Below are positions 1 through 7,646 of a DNA stretch of 42,458 nucleotides, one piece after another (position 1 is the stretch's first letter; every line of letters starts with the position of its first letter). The stretch lies in contig JAILGY010000029.1 of the NCBI GenBank assembly GCA_024696325.1, positions 1 to 42,458 of the forward strand. Reading direction: 5' to 3'. The stretch is from a bacterium (GTDB lineage Bacteria > Desulfobacterota > Desulfuromonadia > Desulfuromonadales > JAAYDE01). The notes beneath the pieces were generated by a model. That model saw only the letters and a program-made list of their open reading frames with translations. It was not told where the DNA came from and did not search any database. The position numbers were made by a program, and so were the translations under genes.

Positions 1-2
1 TG

Positions 3-65
3 GCTTCTGATGGCGACGGCAGCGACCTGTGGCGCATTGAGACCAGACTCCGCTTCAAATTCTAA
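3..65 (+). CDS. 3' end of an upstream gene (partial). The C-terminus ...LWRIETRLRFKF* resembles the terminal strand of an outer-membrane beta-barrel.
   Basis: Open frame running in from the window edge to TAA at 63-65. It ends in an alternating hydrophobic pattern with a terminal Phe and is followed by an intrinsic terminator. Confidence 0.3.
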   Translation, partial: ASDGDGSDLWRIETRLRFKF

Positions 66-101
66 GATTTATTCTTTCGAATTATCGATGCTGTACAATA
101 T

Positions 102-133
102 GCCGGGCCGCAAGGCCCGGCTTTTTTGTTTTT
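102..133 (+). terminator. Rho-independent terminator
   Basis: GCCGGGCC-gcaa-GGCCCGGC hairpin followed by TTTTTTGTTTTT. Confidence 0.75.
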
Positions 134-155
134 GGACTCCCCCCGGCGCTTGCGC

Positions 156-340
156 GCCCCCCTCTCAGGGGGGCTTTAGGTTCTGGCGCCCCCTTTGGGG
201 GAGCTGGCCGCGCAGCGGCCTGAAGGGGTTGCCCTCTCCTTGGGAGGCTTTAAAGAGCCCTGTTTTGTAGGGGCGCACCTGTGTGTGCGCCCGTGTTTTG
301 TGCGCCGTGTTGCAATCACTGGCGACCACGCAGGGTCGCC
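156..340. other. Cluster of unrelated GC-rich hairpins in a non-coding spacer
   Basis: Five hairpins: GCCCCCC-tctca-GGGGGGC (156-174), CCCCC-ttt-GGGGG (189-201), GGCCGC-gca-GCGGCC (206-220), GGGCGCAC-ctgtgt-GTGCGCCC (271-292) and GGCGACC-acgcag-GGTCGCC (321-340). The fourth is flanked by direct TGTTTTGT copies at 261-268 and 294-301. Confidence 0.5.
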
Positions 341-438
341 CCTACTTCTGGCTCCTCGGAGAGGGACTGCGCGTGAACAATTCCTGGGGAATATCCTCTT
401 GAAATATCAAGCTTTTCGCTGTGCTTTCTTCAAAGCTT

Positions 439-470
439 AGGAAAATCTAAAGTCTACTTTAGATTTTCCT
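439..470. repeat. AT-rich 15-bp perfect inverted repeat with a 2-nt spacer
   Basis: AGGAAAATCTAAAGT-ct-ACTTTAGATTTTCCT. It extends imperfectly to CTTAGG.../...CCTAGG. Confidence 0.6.
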
Positions 471-516
471 AGGTTTATCCTATACAACCTGTATTTGAAG
501 GTTCTGGTCGGATAAA

Positions 517-554
517 GGCAAACAAAAGCCCCGGCCTTTTCAGTCCGGGGCTTT
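517..554 (-). terminator. Rho-independent terminator of the DUF2828-like gene
   Basis: AAAGCCCCGG / CCGGGGCTTT stem (525-534 / 545-554). On the minus strand it is followed by TTTTGTTTG, 30 nt past the stop at 584. Confidence 0.7.
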
Positions 555-583
555 ATACTTTTCTTCTTGTGAAGCCAAATTTT

Positions 584-2053
584 TTACGCAGCCACGCTGA
601 TGGCCGCGTACCGTTCGTCATTGAGGATTTTCAGCATGGCCTCCAGCGGAGTCAGTCCCACACAGTCCATGACATGTTTGAAAGTGGCAGCGGACTGGCC
701 GCTCACCAGCTGGACTCCGCGCCGCTTGGCATCGGAGTGGAACACGTCATGGCGGCTGTTTACATTCCAGAAGATGACGTTGGGCAGATTATAACCCGCT
801 TCGCGGAAGCGCTGCTCCATCTGCTCATGGAAGGTCCAGCTCTTGTCGCCGCACCGGTCGATCTCCATGTCGGAGATGACGATCAACGATTTGGGCATTT
901 CCTCTTCCGGCACATGATGTTTGATGGCAATGCCCAGCACCCGCTCGAAGGCGCCCCTGAGGTTGGTATTTTGCGCCCAGGCATTCATATCGAGGCTGGC
1001 GATCTTCTGTGCCAGCGTCTCGCCCCTGAGCAGGTGGATGCGCGAATTGTTGGAAAAGGACATCCACATGTTGTGGTAGGCGCCGGTATTGCGTTCGGCG
1101 AAGTAAATGGCCAGCCCCACGGAAGTGGCCATGGGACGGCCCCTCATGGATCCGGAAGTGTCGGCGATGACCAGGGCGTTTGTGCCCGGTGCCACATAGT
1201 TTGGCAACTGTCGCCACTGGGCTTCCACCACCTTGTCCTCCCGGGGAGTTTCCCACCAATCCGCCCAGACTTTTTCTACCAGATCGTAGGGGAAGAGCGT
1301 GCCGGAATGGATTGTTTCCTCACCGTTTATGGCCCGGTCGATATAGGCGTTGTAGCGTTCCTCGTCATGCCGCAGGAAGGCCTTGCGATAGAGCAGCATG
1401 GCCCGGCTGGGCACGGCGGGATAGCGGATTTCATCCCAGCGTCCGGTGGACATCAGCGCCTCAATGATCCCCAGTTTTTTGCGCAGTGCCCGCACGATGC
1501 GCTTGAAATCGTAGACCCGGTAGCCCAGTTTCAGTGCCGTGAGAATGCCCAGGCGGCGGGTTTCCGCCGAGCTGGAATCGGCGGTCTTGATCCACTTGGC
1601 CAGAAGGGAAATCGCGCCGTTGGGGATCTCCAGAGCGGTACGGTCCTCCTCGAACTGTTTCTTCATGGCCGCCCACATATCCGCTTCCAGCGGTGTGCCG
1701 ACAAGCGTGTAAAGATCATCGTAGCGGCCATAGATACCGACCAGATCCAGATTGGGGCGCAGGGCCTCGGGATGATATTCGGCCATATGACGCATGAGCG
1801 TGCGGAAGGTGCGACGCTCGCCCAGGCCGCCGCGCACGTCGCGGCCGTAAAACGCGATCTTGACCGCCAGCAGCGGGTTTTCCCGGTACGCATCGGCAAA
1901 GAGACGGTTTATCCGTGTCTCTGCCGCTTCCCGAAGCGCGCCCATCGTACCGAACAGATCGAGCAGGCTGCTCCCCGTGCCGTTCAAGGCAAGCGCATCG
2001 TTTTCGGTGCGTGTCCACCTGGCATTTTCTCTGGCCGCATCCGCAAAATCCAT
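584..2053 (-). CDS. DUF2828-like protein: alpha-helical N-terminal domain plus C-terminal von Willebrand A domain with a MIDAS motif (Ro60/TROVE-like architecture)
   Basis: 489 aa counted from the internal ATG at 2053, which is preceded by AAGGAGAACCAC. DxSxS MIDAS motif in ALVIADTSGSMRG and a later SLIVISDME strand. I recognise the family from memory of DUF2828 proteins. The 27 codons upstream in the ORF track have no SD. Confidence 0.75.
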   Translation of the reverse strand: MDFADAARENARWTRTENDALALNGTGSSLLDLFGTMGALREAAETRINRLFADAYRENPLLAVKIAFYGRDVRGGLGERRTFRTLMRHMAEYHPEALRPNLDLVGIYGRYDDLYTLVGTPLEADMWAAMKKQFEEDRTALEIPNGAISLLAKWIKTADSSSAETRRLGILTALKLGYRVYDFKRIVRALRKKLGIIEALMSTGRWDEIRYPAVPSRAMLLYRKAFLRHDEERYNAYIDRAINGEETIHSGTLFPYDLVEKVWADWWETPREDKVVEAQWRQLPNYVAPGTNALVIADTSGSMRGRPMATSVGLAIYFAERNTGAYHNMWMSFSNNSRIHLLRGETLAQKIASLDMNAWAQNTNLRGAFERVLGIAIKHHVPEEEMPKSLIVISDMEIDRCGDKSWTFHEQMEQRFREAGYNLPNVIFWNVNSRHDVFHSDAKRRGVQLVSGQSAATFKHVMDCVGLTPLEAMLKILNDERYAAISVAA

Positions 2054-2086
2054 GTGGTTCTCCTTGCATGACCCGTTGTGTCGTTT

Positions 2087-2107
2087 TATCCATGGCGTGC
2101 ATGGATA
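2087..2107 (-). promoter_or_regulatory. 8-bp inverted repeat in the leader of the DUF2828-like gene
   Basis: TATCCATG-gcgtg-CATGGATA, 34 nt upstream of the start codon and between the tRNA-like RNA and the CDS. Confidence 0.25.
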
Positions 2108-2148
2108 TGACCAAAAAATTGCTGTGAGGGTCACTGTTCAAATTTGAA

Positions 2149-2258
2149 GGCAGGGACCGGATTCGAACCGGTGGCCTAGTCGAAATGGGATTTGCTGCTG
2201 GGTTCACGGAACATGAGCCGTTTTTGAACAACTCGCTCTGCCGCTGAGCTACCCTGCC
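2149..2258 (-). ncRNA. tRNA-like RNA (110 nt) with canonical acceptor, D and T arms but a 46-nt insertion in place of the anticodon loop
   Basis: The reverse complement folds as GGCAGGG-UA-GCUC-AGCGGCA-GAGC-G-AGUUG-[46 nt]-CGACU-AGGCC-ACCGG-UUCGAAU-CCGGU-CCCUGCC. U8, A14, the D-loop GG and the UUCGAAU T-loop are all present. No CCA is encoded. Confidence 0.7.
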
Positions 2259-2349
2259 ACTGCTGCTTTTGCTGAAGCGGCGGTGTTTCTCCAAAACAGC
2301 GCGACGACCTGTGCGGAAAACATCCTCCGATTCGCTTGCAAGAAGGAGC

Positions 2350-2682
2350 TTACTTGAAGAGATTGTTTCCGCAGTGGGGGCAGCTGAACGCGCTGGTGGT
2401 GGTGATGCGGTGTCCGCAGACCGGGCAGTTGAACCAGTGCCGGCAGTAGCGGCATTGCATTTCCGCAAGCCCCTGCTTTTTTTTGCACTTGGAACAGCGT
2501 TTGTACATCTTGCGCTTCTCCATGTAGTCTGCAAACAGCAGTCCGCAACGCGGGCATTCCTCTGTCCCCGGTTTTTTGATGGAAAAGCCGCAGTTGGGCG
2601 CCGGACAGACAAAAACGGTTTTGCAGTTGCCGCACCAGTATTTTCCTTTTGTCTGCTCACCACAGACCGGGCATTTCTCCAT
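2350..2682 (-). CDS. Cysteine-rich multi-zinc-ribbon protein (110 aa)
   Basis: Eight CxxC-type pairs (CPVC, CGNC, CPAPNC, CPRC, CSKC, CRYC, CPVC, CPHC), enough for four zinc ribbons. The ATG at 2682 is preceded by AAAGGGGGG. Confidence 0.6.
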   Translation of the reverse strand: MEKCPVCGEQTKGKYWCGNCKTVFVCPAPNCGFSIKKPGTEECPRCGLLFADYMEKRKMYKRCSKCKKKQGLAEMQCRYCRHWFNCPVCGHRITTTSAFSCPHCGNNLFK

Positions 2683-2981
2683 AGCGCCCCCCTTTGAGAA
2701 AGAGAGAACTTTTTTCACACCGTTACATTTTTTTGCTAACTCTCCTTTAAAAATAAACCATTTTTATCGTGGGCTGTCAATGTTCCGCCACATTGCGGCC
2801 ATTTCCCCGCCATCTTTGGGCGCCTTTTTACGAATATGGGGCATGGACGTGACGTCAGAAATATTTTAGGATAGACAAAGATTAATGAGCCGCCCCTGTT
2901 CCCGTTCGTCGGGAAAGCCGGCGTCACCATGAACCGCCATCAAGGCGCTTGTCTCTCTTTGGAAGGGAAGGATCGAGGCCC

Positions 2982-5900
2982 ATGCCTACAGAACATTCAG
3001 GATTTGTTACCGAGCGCGTAACCGAATTGAAGGATCTCCGCCTGACACTGCACCAGCTGCGGCACAAAGCGACCGGCGCGCGTTTCGTGCATCTGGCCAA
3101 CGACGACCAGGAAAACGTGTTCGGCGTCGGATTCCGCACCACGCCCCTCAACTCCAGCGGTGTGGCGCATATTCTTGAACATACGACGCTGTGCGGTTCC
3201 CGGCGCTATCCGGTACGGGACATTTTCTTTTCCATGCTGAACCGCAGTCTCAACACGTTTATGAATGCCCTGACCGCCAGCGACTGGACTTTCTACCCCT
3301 TTGCCACCCAGAACCGCAAGGATTTCCATAATCTGATGGAGGTTTATCTCGATGCGGCCTTCTTTCCGCTTCTGCGGCGCACCGATTTTCACCAGGAGGG
3401 GATCCGCTTTGAGCTGGACGGCGGGAAAACGCTGCTTCCAAAGGGTGTGGTCTATAATGAAATGAAGGGCGCGCTTTCCAATCCGGCCACGCTGGCCTAT
3501 TACCGTCTGACCGAAGCACTGTATCCAACGACCACCTATGGCTGGAATTCCGGCGGGGAGCCCGACGCCATCCTCGACCTTACCTGGGAGGAACTGCGAC
3601 AGTTTCATGACACCTACTATCATCCCAGCAACGCCTTGTTCTACTCCTATGGCAGTTTCCCGCTGGAGGAGACGCTGGGGCTGGTTCATGAGCGGGTGCT
3701 GCGCCATTTCGGCACCCAGACGGTTCAAAGCGCCGTCCCGCTGGAACAGCGTTTTTCCAGTCCCAAGCATGTGGAAAAAAGCTTTGCACTGGAAGCTGGC
3801 CAGCCCCTGGAGCGGCGCGCGCTTTTGCTTATGGGCTGGTTGACCAATCCGATTGAGGAGCAGCTTGAAGGGTTGGGCCTGACCCTGCTTTCCGAGCTGC
3901 TTTTGGGGGATGCCGCCGCACCTTTGCGCAAGGCGCTGATCGATTCCCGGCTGGGAGAGGGGATCTGCCCCGGTTCCGGCTATCACGACGAAAATCGCGA
4001 AACTTTTTTCGCCGCCGGTCTTGAGGGAACCGATCCCGGGCAGGCAGGCAATCTGGAAAAGCTGATACTGGAGACGCTGGAAAAGACGGCCGCCGCCGGT
4101 TTCGAGCGGGAACGCGTCGAATCCGCCATCCATCAGCTGGAACTCGCCCACCGCGAAATTGGCGGCGGCGAGCCCTACGGGCTGCAGTTGCTGATGCGCC
4201 TGGTTGGCACGTGGATGCACTGCGACGATCCCCTGGCTGCCTTACGTTTTGACGAACACATCGAAACGATTCGCCGCGAGGCGGAAAATGGCTTTTTCGA
4301 AGGTCTGATCCGTAAGCATTTGCTGGACAATTCCCACAGGGTTTCGCTGCTGCTCAAACCGGATCCGAAAGAGGAGGAACGCCAGAACGCCGCGACCGCT
4401 ACAGCCATGCGGGAAAAACTGGCGGCGCTTTCACCGGAGGAACGCCAGCAACTGGTCGACGAGGCGCAGGAACTCCGAGACTTTCAGGAAGGCGCCGACG
4501 ATGTTTCCTGTCTGCCGAGCTTGAGCCTGGAAGACATTCCCGCCGAGGAGAACGCCACCCCCTGGAAGAACATGACGCACAACGGCGCACCGCTCTTTGG
4601 TTTTGAGCTTTCGACCAACGGCATTGGCTATTTTGGATCCTGGCTGGATTTGGCGGATGTCCCGGAGCATGTGCGCGCCTATGTGCCGGTCTTTTCGTTT
4701 CTGCTGACCCGTGTCGGCGCGGGCGGGGACGATTATCTGACCATGGCCCGGCGGATTGCCGCCGCAACCGGCGGGGTCTCGGCCACGCCTCTGGTGCTGG
4801 GCGCTCCTTCCGGTCTTCGTGATCATCGCTTGCTGCTGTCCGTCAGCGGCAAGGCGCTGATGCGCAATCAGAAGGAGATGTTTCAAATATTGAGGGATCT
4901 GCTGTATGCGCCGGATTTCAGGGATCGCAAACGGCTTGCGACCCTGCTGGATCAACTGAAGGTGTCGCTGGTCAACTCGGTTGCCGACTCTGGCCACCGC
5001 TATGCGATGCAGCTCGCGGCCGCTTCTTTGAGTGCAGCCGGCCAAAGGCGGGAGGAATGGTCCGGCATTGGCTTCATTCGTCAGGTTTGCACGCTGGCCG
5101 GGCTGGATGATTCGGGCTGGGCGGATTTTGAAGCGCGTCTTGAGGAACTGAAAATTTTTCTGGCGGAGAATGGAAGTATCCAGTATTCTGCTTTAACATC
5201 TCCGGGTGATTTGCCCATGCTGCTTGACAGTTTGCCCATTCTGACAAAGGGACATGCGGGATACGGCAATGGCGCCCGGTGTCTTTCGGGGGCGGCGTCT
5301 CCGGCAGCGCGGGCTGTGGGAGTGGCCATACCGGCGGCGGTTTCCTATGTGGCGCGGGTGTGGCCCGCTGTTACGCTGGAGCATGAGGATTGCGCCGGGT
5401 TGCTGGTGCTGGCCAAGCTGTTGCGCAGTTGCTTTCTGCATCGCGAAATTAGGGAAAAAGGCGGCGCATATGGCGGACTTGCCTCGTTCGATCCGGGAGC
5501 CGGCGTGTTCGCAATGGCTTCCTATCGCGATCCGAGACTGGCCGGAACCTTGCGTGACTACCGGCGGGCTGCGGAATGGGCCGCATCTGGTGCTTTTGAG
5601 GATCGGGATGTTGAGGAATCCATTTTGGGCGCCTTCAGCGATCTGGATCGGCCGCTTCCTCCGGAAGGGCGAAGCAATCGGGAAGTTCTGCGGCATTTGG
5701 CGGGCATTTCGCCCAAAATGCGCAAAGATTTGCGAGCCGGAATGCTGGCGGTGACGCGGAACGCCTTGTGTGATCTTGCCACGCGTTATCTGGTCAAACA
5801 GTGGGAACAAAGCGCCGTCGGCGTGTTGTCCAGCCGGGAAATGCTGCTCCGTGCCAACGAGGAACTGGAGGGCGAGATACTGACTGTTAACGAGCTGTAA
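2982..5900 (+). CDS. M16C (PreP/insulinase-like) zinc metallopeptidase
   Basis: 972 aa. HxxEH motif in GVAHILEHTTLCGSRRYP. The length and layout are typical of the M16C family. The ATG at 2982 follows GGAAGGGAAGGA. Confidence 0.85.
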   Translation: MPTEHSGFVTERVTELKDLRLTLHQLRHKATGARFVHLANDDQENVFGVGFRTTPLNSSGVAHILEHTTLCGSRRYPVRDIFFSMLNRSLNTFMNALTASDWTFYPFATQNRKDFHNLMEVYLDAAFFPLLRRTDFHQEGIRFELDGGKTLLPKGVVYNEMKGALSNPATLAYYRLTEALYPTTTYGWNSGGEPDAILDLTWEELRQFHDTYYHPSNALFYSYGSFPLEETLGLVHERVLRHFGTQTVQSAVPLEQRFSSPKHVEKSFALEAGQPLERRALLLMGWLTNPIEEQLEGLGLTLLSELLLGDAAAPLRKALIDSRLGEGICPGSGYHDENRETFFAAGLEGTDPGQAGNLEKLILETLEKTAAAGFERERVESAIHQLELAHREIGGGEPYGLQLLMRLVGTWMHCDDPLAALRFDEHIETIRREAENGFFEGLIRKHLLDNSHRVSLLLKPDPKEEERQNAATATAMREKLAALSPEERQQLVDEAQELRDFQEGADDVSCLPSLSLEDIPAEENATPWKNMTHNGAPLFGFELSTNGIGYFGSWLDLADVPEHVRAYVPVFSFLLTRVGAGGDDYLTMARRIAAATGGVSATPLVLGAPSGLRDHRLLLSVSGKALMRNQKEMFQILRDLLYAPDFRDRKRLATLLDQLKVSLVNSVADSGHRYAMQLAAASLSAAGQRREEWSGIGFIRQVCTLAGLDDSGWADFEARLEELKIFLAENGSIQYSALTSPGDLPMLLDSLPILTKGHAGYGNGARCLSGAASPAARAVGVAIPAAVSYVARVWPAVTLEHEDCAGLLVLAKLLRSCFLHREIREKGGAYGGLASFDPGAGVFAMASYRDPRLAGTLRDYRRAAEWAASGAFEDRDVEESILGAFSDLDRPLPPEGRSNREVLRHLAGISPKMRKDLRAGMLAVTRNALCDLATRYLVKQWEQSAVGVLSSREMLLRANEELEGEILTVNEL

Positions 5901-5920
5901 CCAACCAACGGAGTGAATGT

Positions 5921-7360
5921 ATGTTTATTGACTATAGGTCACCCCGGGAACGGGCCGGACAGTTCCAGCCCAAGACGAAAAAGATGCGCGGGAGAACGAT
6001 CCTGGAATGCCTGGGGATGGTGGCAGGGATCGCGGCGATTCTTCTGTGGACCACCCTGGAAATTACGCCGGTTGATACCGCTTATGAGGCGGGAGAGGAA
6101 AAACGGCCTGATTCTTCCTCTTTGGTCATACCGGAGGAGAATCCGTTTTTGAGTATGGATGAGGGCTTGCCGAAAGAGGCGGAAATGGAGCGGGATCCCC
6201 TGTTTTCGGCAGAGGAAGAGGCCACGTCCACCGCTGATGAGGTGGTGACCGGCGTTATCAATCCTGAAGAAACCTTTACCACCCTGTTGACAAAGTATCT
6301 TTCAACGGCGGAGGTCATCAAAATTGCGGATAAATGCCGTCCTGTCTTCCCCCTGGGACGGATGCAGGTGGGACAGCCCTACAAGTTTCATATCGACAAA
6401 GGGCTTTTCAGCCGTTTCGTCTATGAGATCGACGACAAGGATCAACTTATCATCACACGTGGGAAAAAAGATTTTGTGGTAAAACGCGAAAAGATTCCCT
6501 GCGAGGTGCGGATCCAGACCGTACGCGTGAACATCCGCTCCAGCCTGTCCGGTGCGGTGGCCAGTGCCGGAGAATCCCGGGAACTGGCCAGCAGGGTAGC
6601 GGGAATTTTCGCCTGGGATGTCGATTTCCTTCGCGATATCCGTGCGGGAGATTCCTTCAGCGTTGTTGTGGAAAAGCGGTTTCGCAAGGACAAGTTCGTT
6701 GGCTATGGCAAGATACTGGCTGCGGAAATTGTCAATCAGGGCACCACGTACAAGGCCTACAGGTATGAAACCCGCAAGGGCGTTTTTGGCTATTTCGACG
6801 AAAATGGCAAAAGTCTGCAAAAAGGGTTTCTGCGGGCTCCGCTTGCCTATACCCGCATATCCTCCCGTTTCACCTACCGGCGTTTTCATCCGGTACTGAA
6901 ACGCTATCGTCCTCATACCGGCGTTGACTACGCGGCACCCAGAGGAACGCCGATTCATTCCGTGGCATCTGGTGTGGTGACGGAACGGGGATACAACCGG
7001 TTCAACGGCAAGTTCGTCCGGATTCGCCACAACAACGGCATGGAGACGCTGTACAACCACATGAGCAGTTTTGCGCCGGGGCTCAGTGTGGGAGGGCATG
7101 TACCCCAGGGCAGGATGATTGGCAGGGTGGGTTCGACCGGTCTTTCCACCGGGCCGCATCTTGATTTCCGTATGTACCGCAACGGCGTGCCCATCGATCC
7201 GCTTTCCGTCAAGACCATTTACGCCGATCCGGTTCCAGCGCGGAAAATTGCGGATTTCCGCGCATTGGTCAAATCCTATGCGCCCCAGTTGAAAGCCGGC
7301 GTTCCGATCAATATCGGTGTCGCGGAAAAGAAGGGCAAAAGCTTGATGAAAGGCGGGTGA
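5921..7360 (+). CDS. M23 family peptidoglycan metalloendopeptidase with an N-terminal membrane anchor
   Basis: HTGVDYAAPRGTPIHSVASGVV and GSTGLSTGPHLDFRMY motifs. TM segment ILECLGMVAGIAAILLW. GGAG lies upstream of the ATG. An alternative start at Met23 is possible. Confidence 0.85.
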   Translation: MFIDYRSPRERAGQFQPKTKKMRGRTILECLGMVAGIAAILLWTTLEITPVDTAYEAGEEKRPDSSSLVIPEENPFLSMDEGLPKEAEMERDPLFSAEEEATSTADEVVTGVINPEETFTTLLTKYLSTAEVIKIADKCRPVFPLGRMQVGQPYKFHIDKGLFSRFVYEIDDKDQLIITRGKKDFVVKREKIPCEVRIQTVRVNIRSSLSGAVASAGESRELASRVAGIFAWDVDFLRDIRAGDSFSVVVEKRFRKDKFVGYGKILAAEIVNQGTTYKAYRYETRKGVFGYFDENGKSLQKGFLRAPLAYTRISSRFTYRRFHPVLKRYRPHTGVDYAAPRGTPIHSVASGVVTERGYNRFNGKFVRIRHNNGMETLYNHMSSFAPGLSVGGHVPQGRMIGRVGSTGLSTGPHLDFRMYRNGVPIDPLSVKTIYADPVPARKIADFRALVKSYAPQLKAGVPINIGVAEKKGKSLMKGG

Positions 7361-7382
7361 CCTTCAGGATTGCGGGAATGAA

Positions 7383-7411
7383 TTGACACATTTCCGGCAA
7401 CCTGTTAACTT
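7383..7411 (+). promoter_or_regulatory. Sigma70-like promoter of the thi operon
   Basis: TTGACA (7383-7388), 17-nt spacer, TAACTT (7406-7411), just upstream of the TPP riboswitch. Confidence 0.45.
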
Positions 7412-7436
7412 TGCGGAAAAATTGAAGAGAGAAATG

Positions 7437-7520
7437 CCTTGGGGAGTTTTTACTGAGAATCCCTGAAGAAGGGATAACCCATCGAACCTGATCCGGGTAA
7501 TGCCGGCGAAGGGAAGTGGC
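7437..7520 (+). promoter_or_regulatory. TPP (THI-box) riboswitch aptamer
   Basis: Conserved elements GGGGAG...CUGAGA...ACCC...GAACCUGAUCCGGGUAAUGCCGGCGAAGGGAA lie upstream of the thiamine genes. Confidence 0.9.
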
Positions 7521-7568
7521 AACAAAGCGCGTATCCGCTGTGCGTTATGCGTGATAGTCGTTGTATCA

Positions 7569-7597
7569 GGGCCGCTTTCCGCGGCCTTTGTTTTTTT
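7569..7597 (+). terminator. Riboswitch-controlled attenuator terminator
   Basis: GGGCCGC-tttcc-GCGGCC followed by TTTGTTTTTTT, 50 nt before the thiF start. Confidence 0.75.
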
Positions 7598-7646
7598 GCC
7601 TCGTGCCAGAGGCCGCATGCCCATCTTGAGGGGAAGAAGGTGTGCA

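Noticed and set aside
569-2071. 500-aa ORF on the plus strand
   Set aside because: It is the antisense shadow of the DUF2828-like gene. Its translation is low-complexity (Gly/Ala/His/Pro rich) with no recognisable motifs, whereas the minus-strand product has a clear vWA/MIDAS domain and an SD-preceded start.
2149-2258. Calling this an ordinary tRNA-Leu(CAA), or a Sec/suppressor tRNA because of UUCAAA at the start of the loop
   Set aside because: The loop is 46 nt rather than 7. The body has a 5-nt variable loop, whereas bacterial Leu, Ser, Tyr and Sec tRNAs have long variable arms. The acceptor/T geometry is 7/5, not the 8/5 of tRNA-Sec. It is kept as a tRNA-like ncRNA instead.
7500-7646. 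Upstream extension of the thiF ORF (start at 7500)
   Set aside because: It would be translated through the TPP riboswitch 3' half and its terminator. The ATG at 7647 has a good SD and yields a normal ThiS-like N-terminus.
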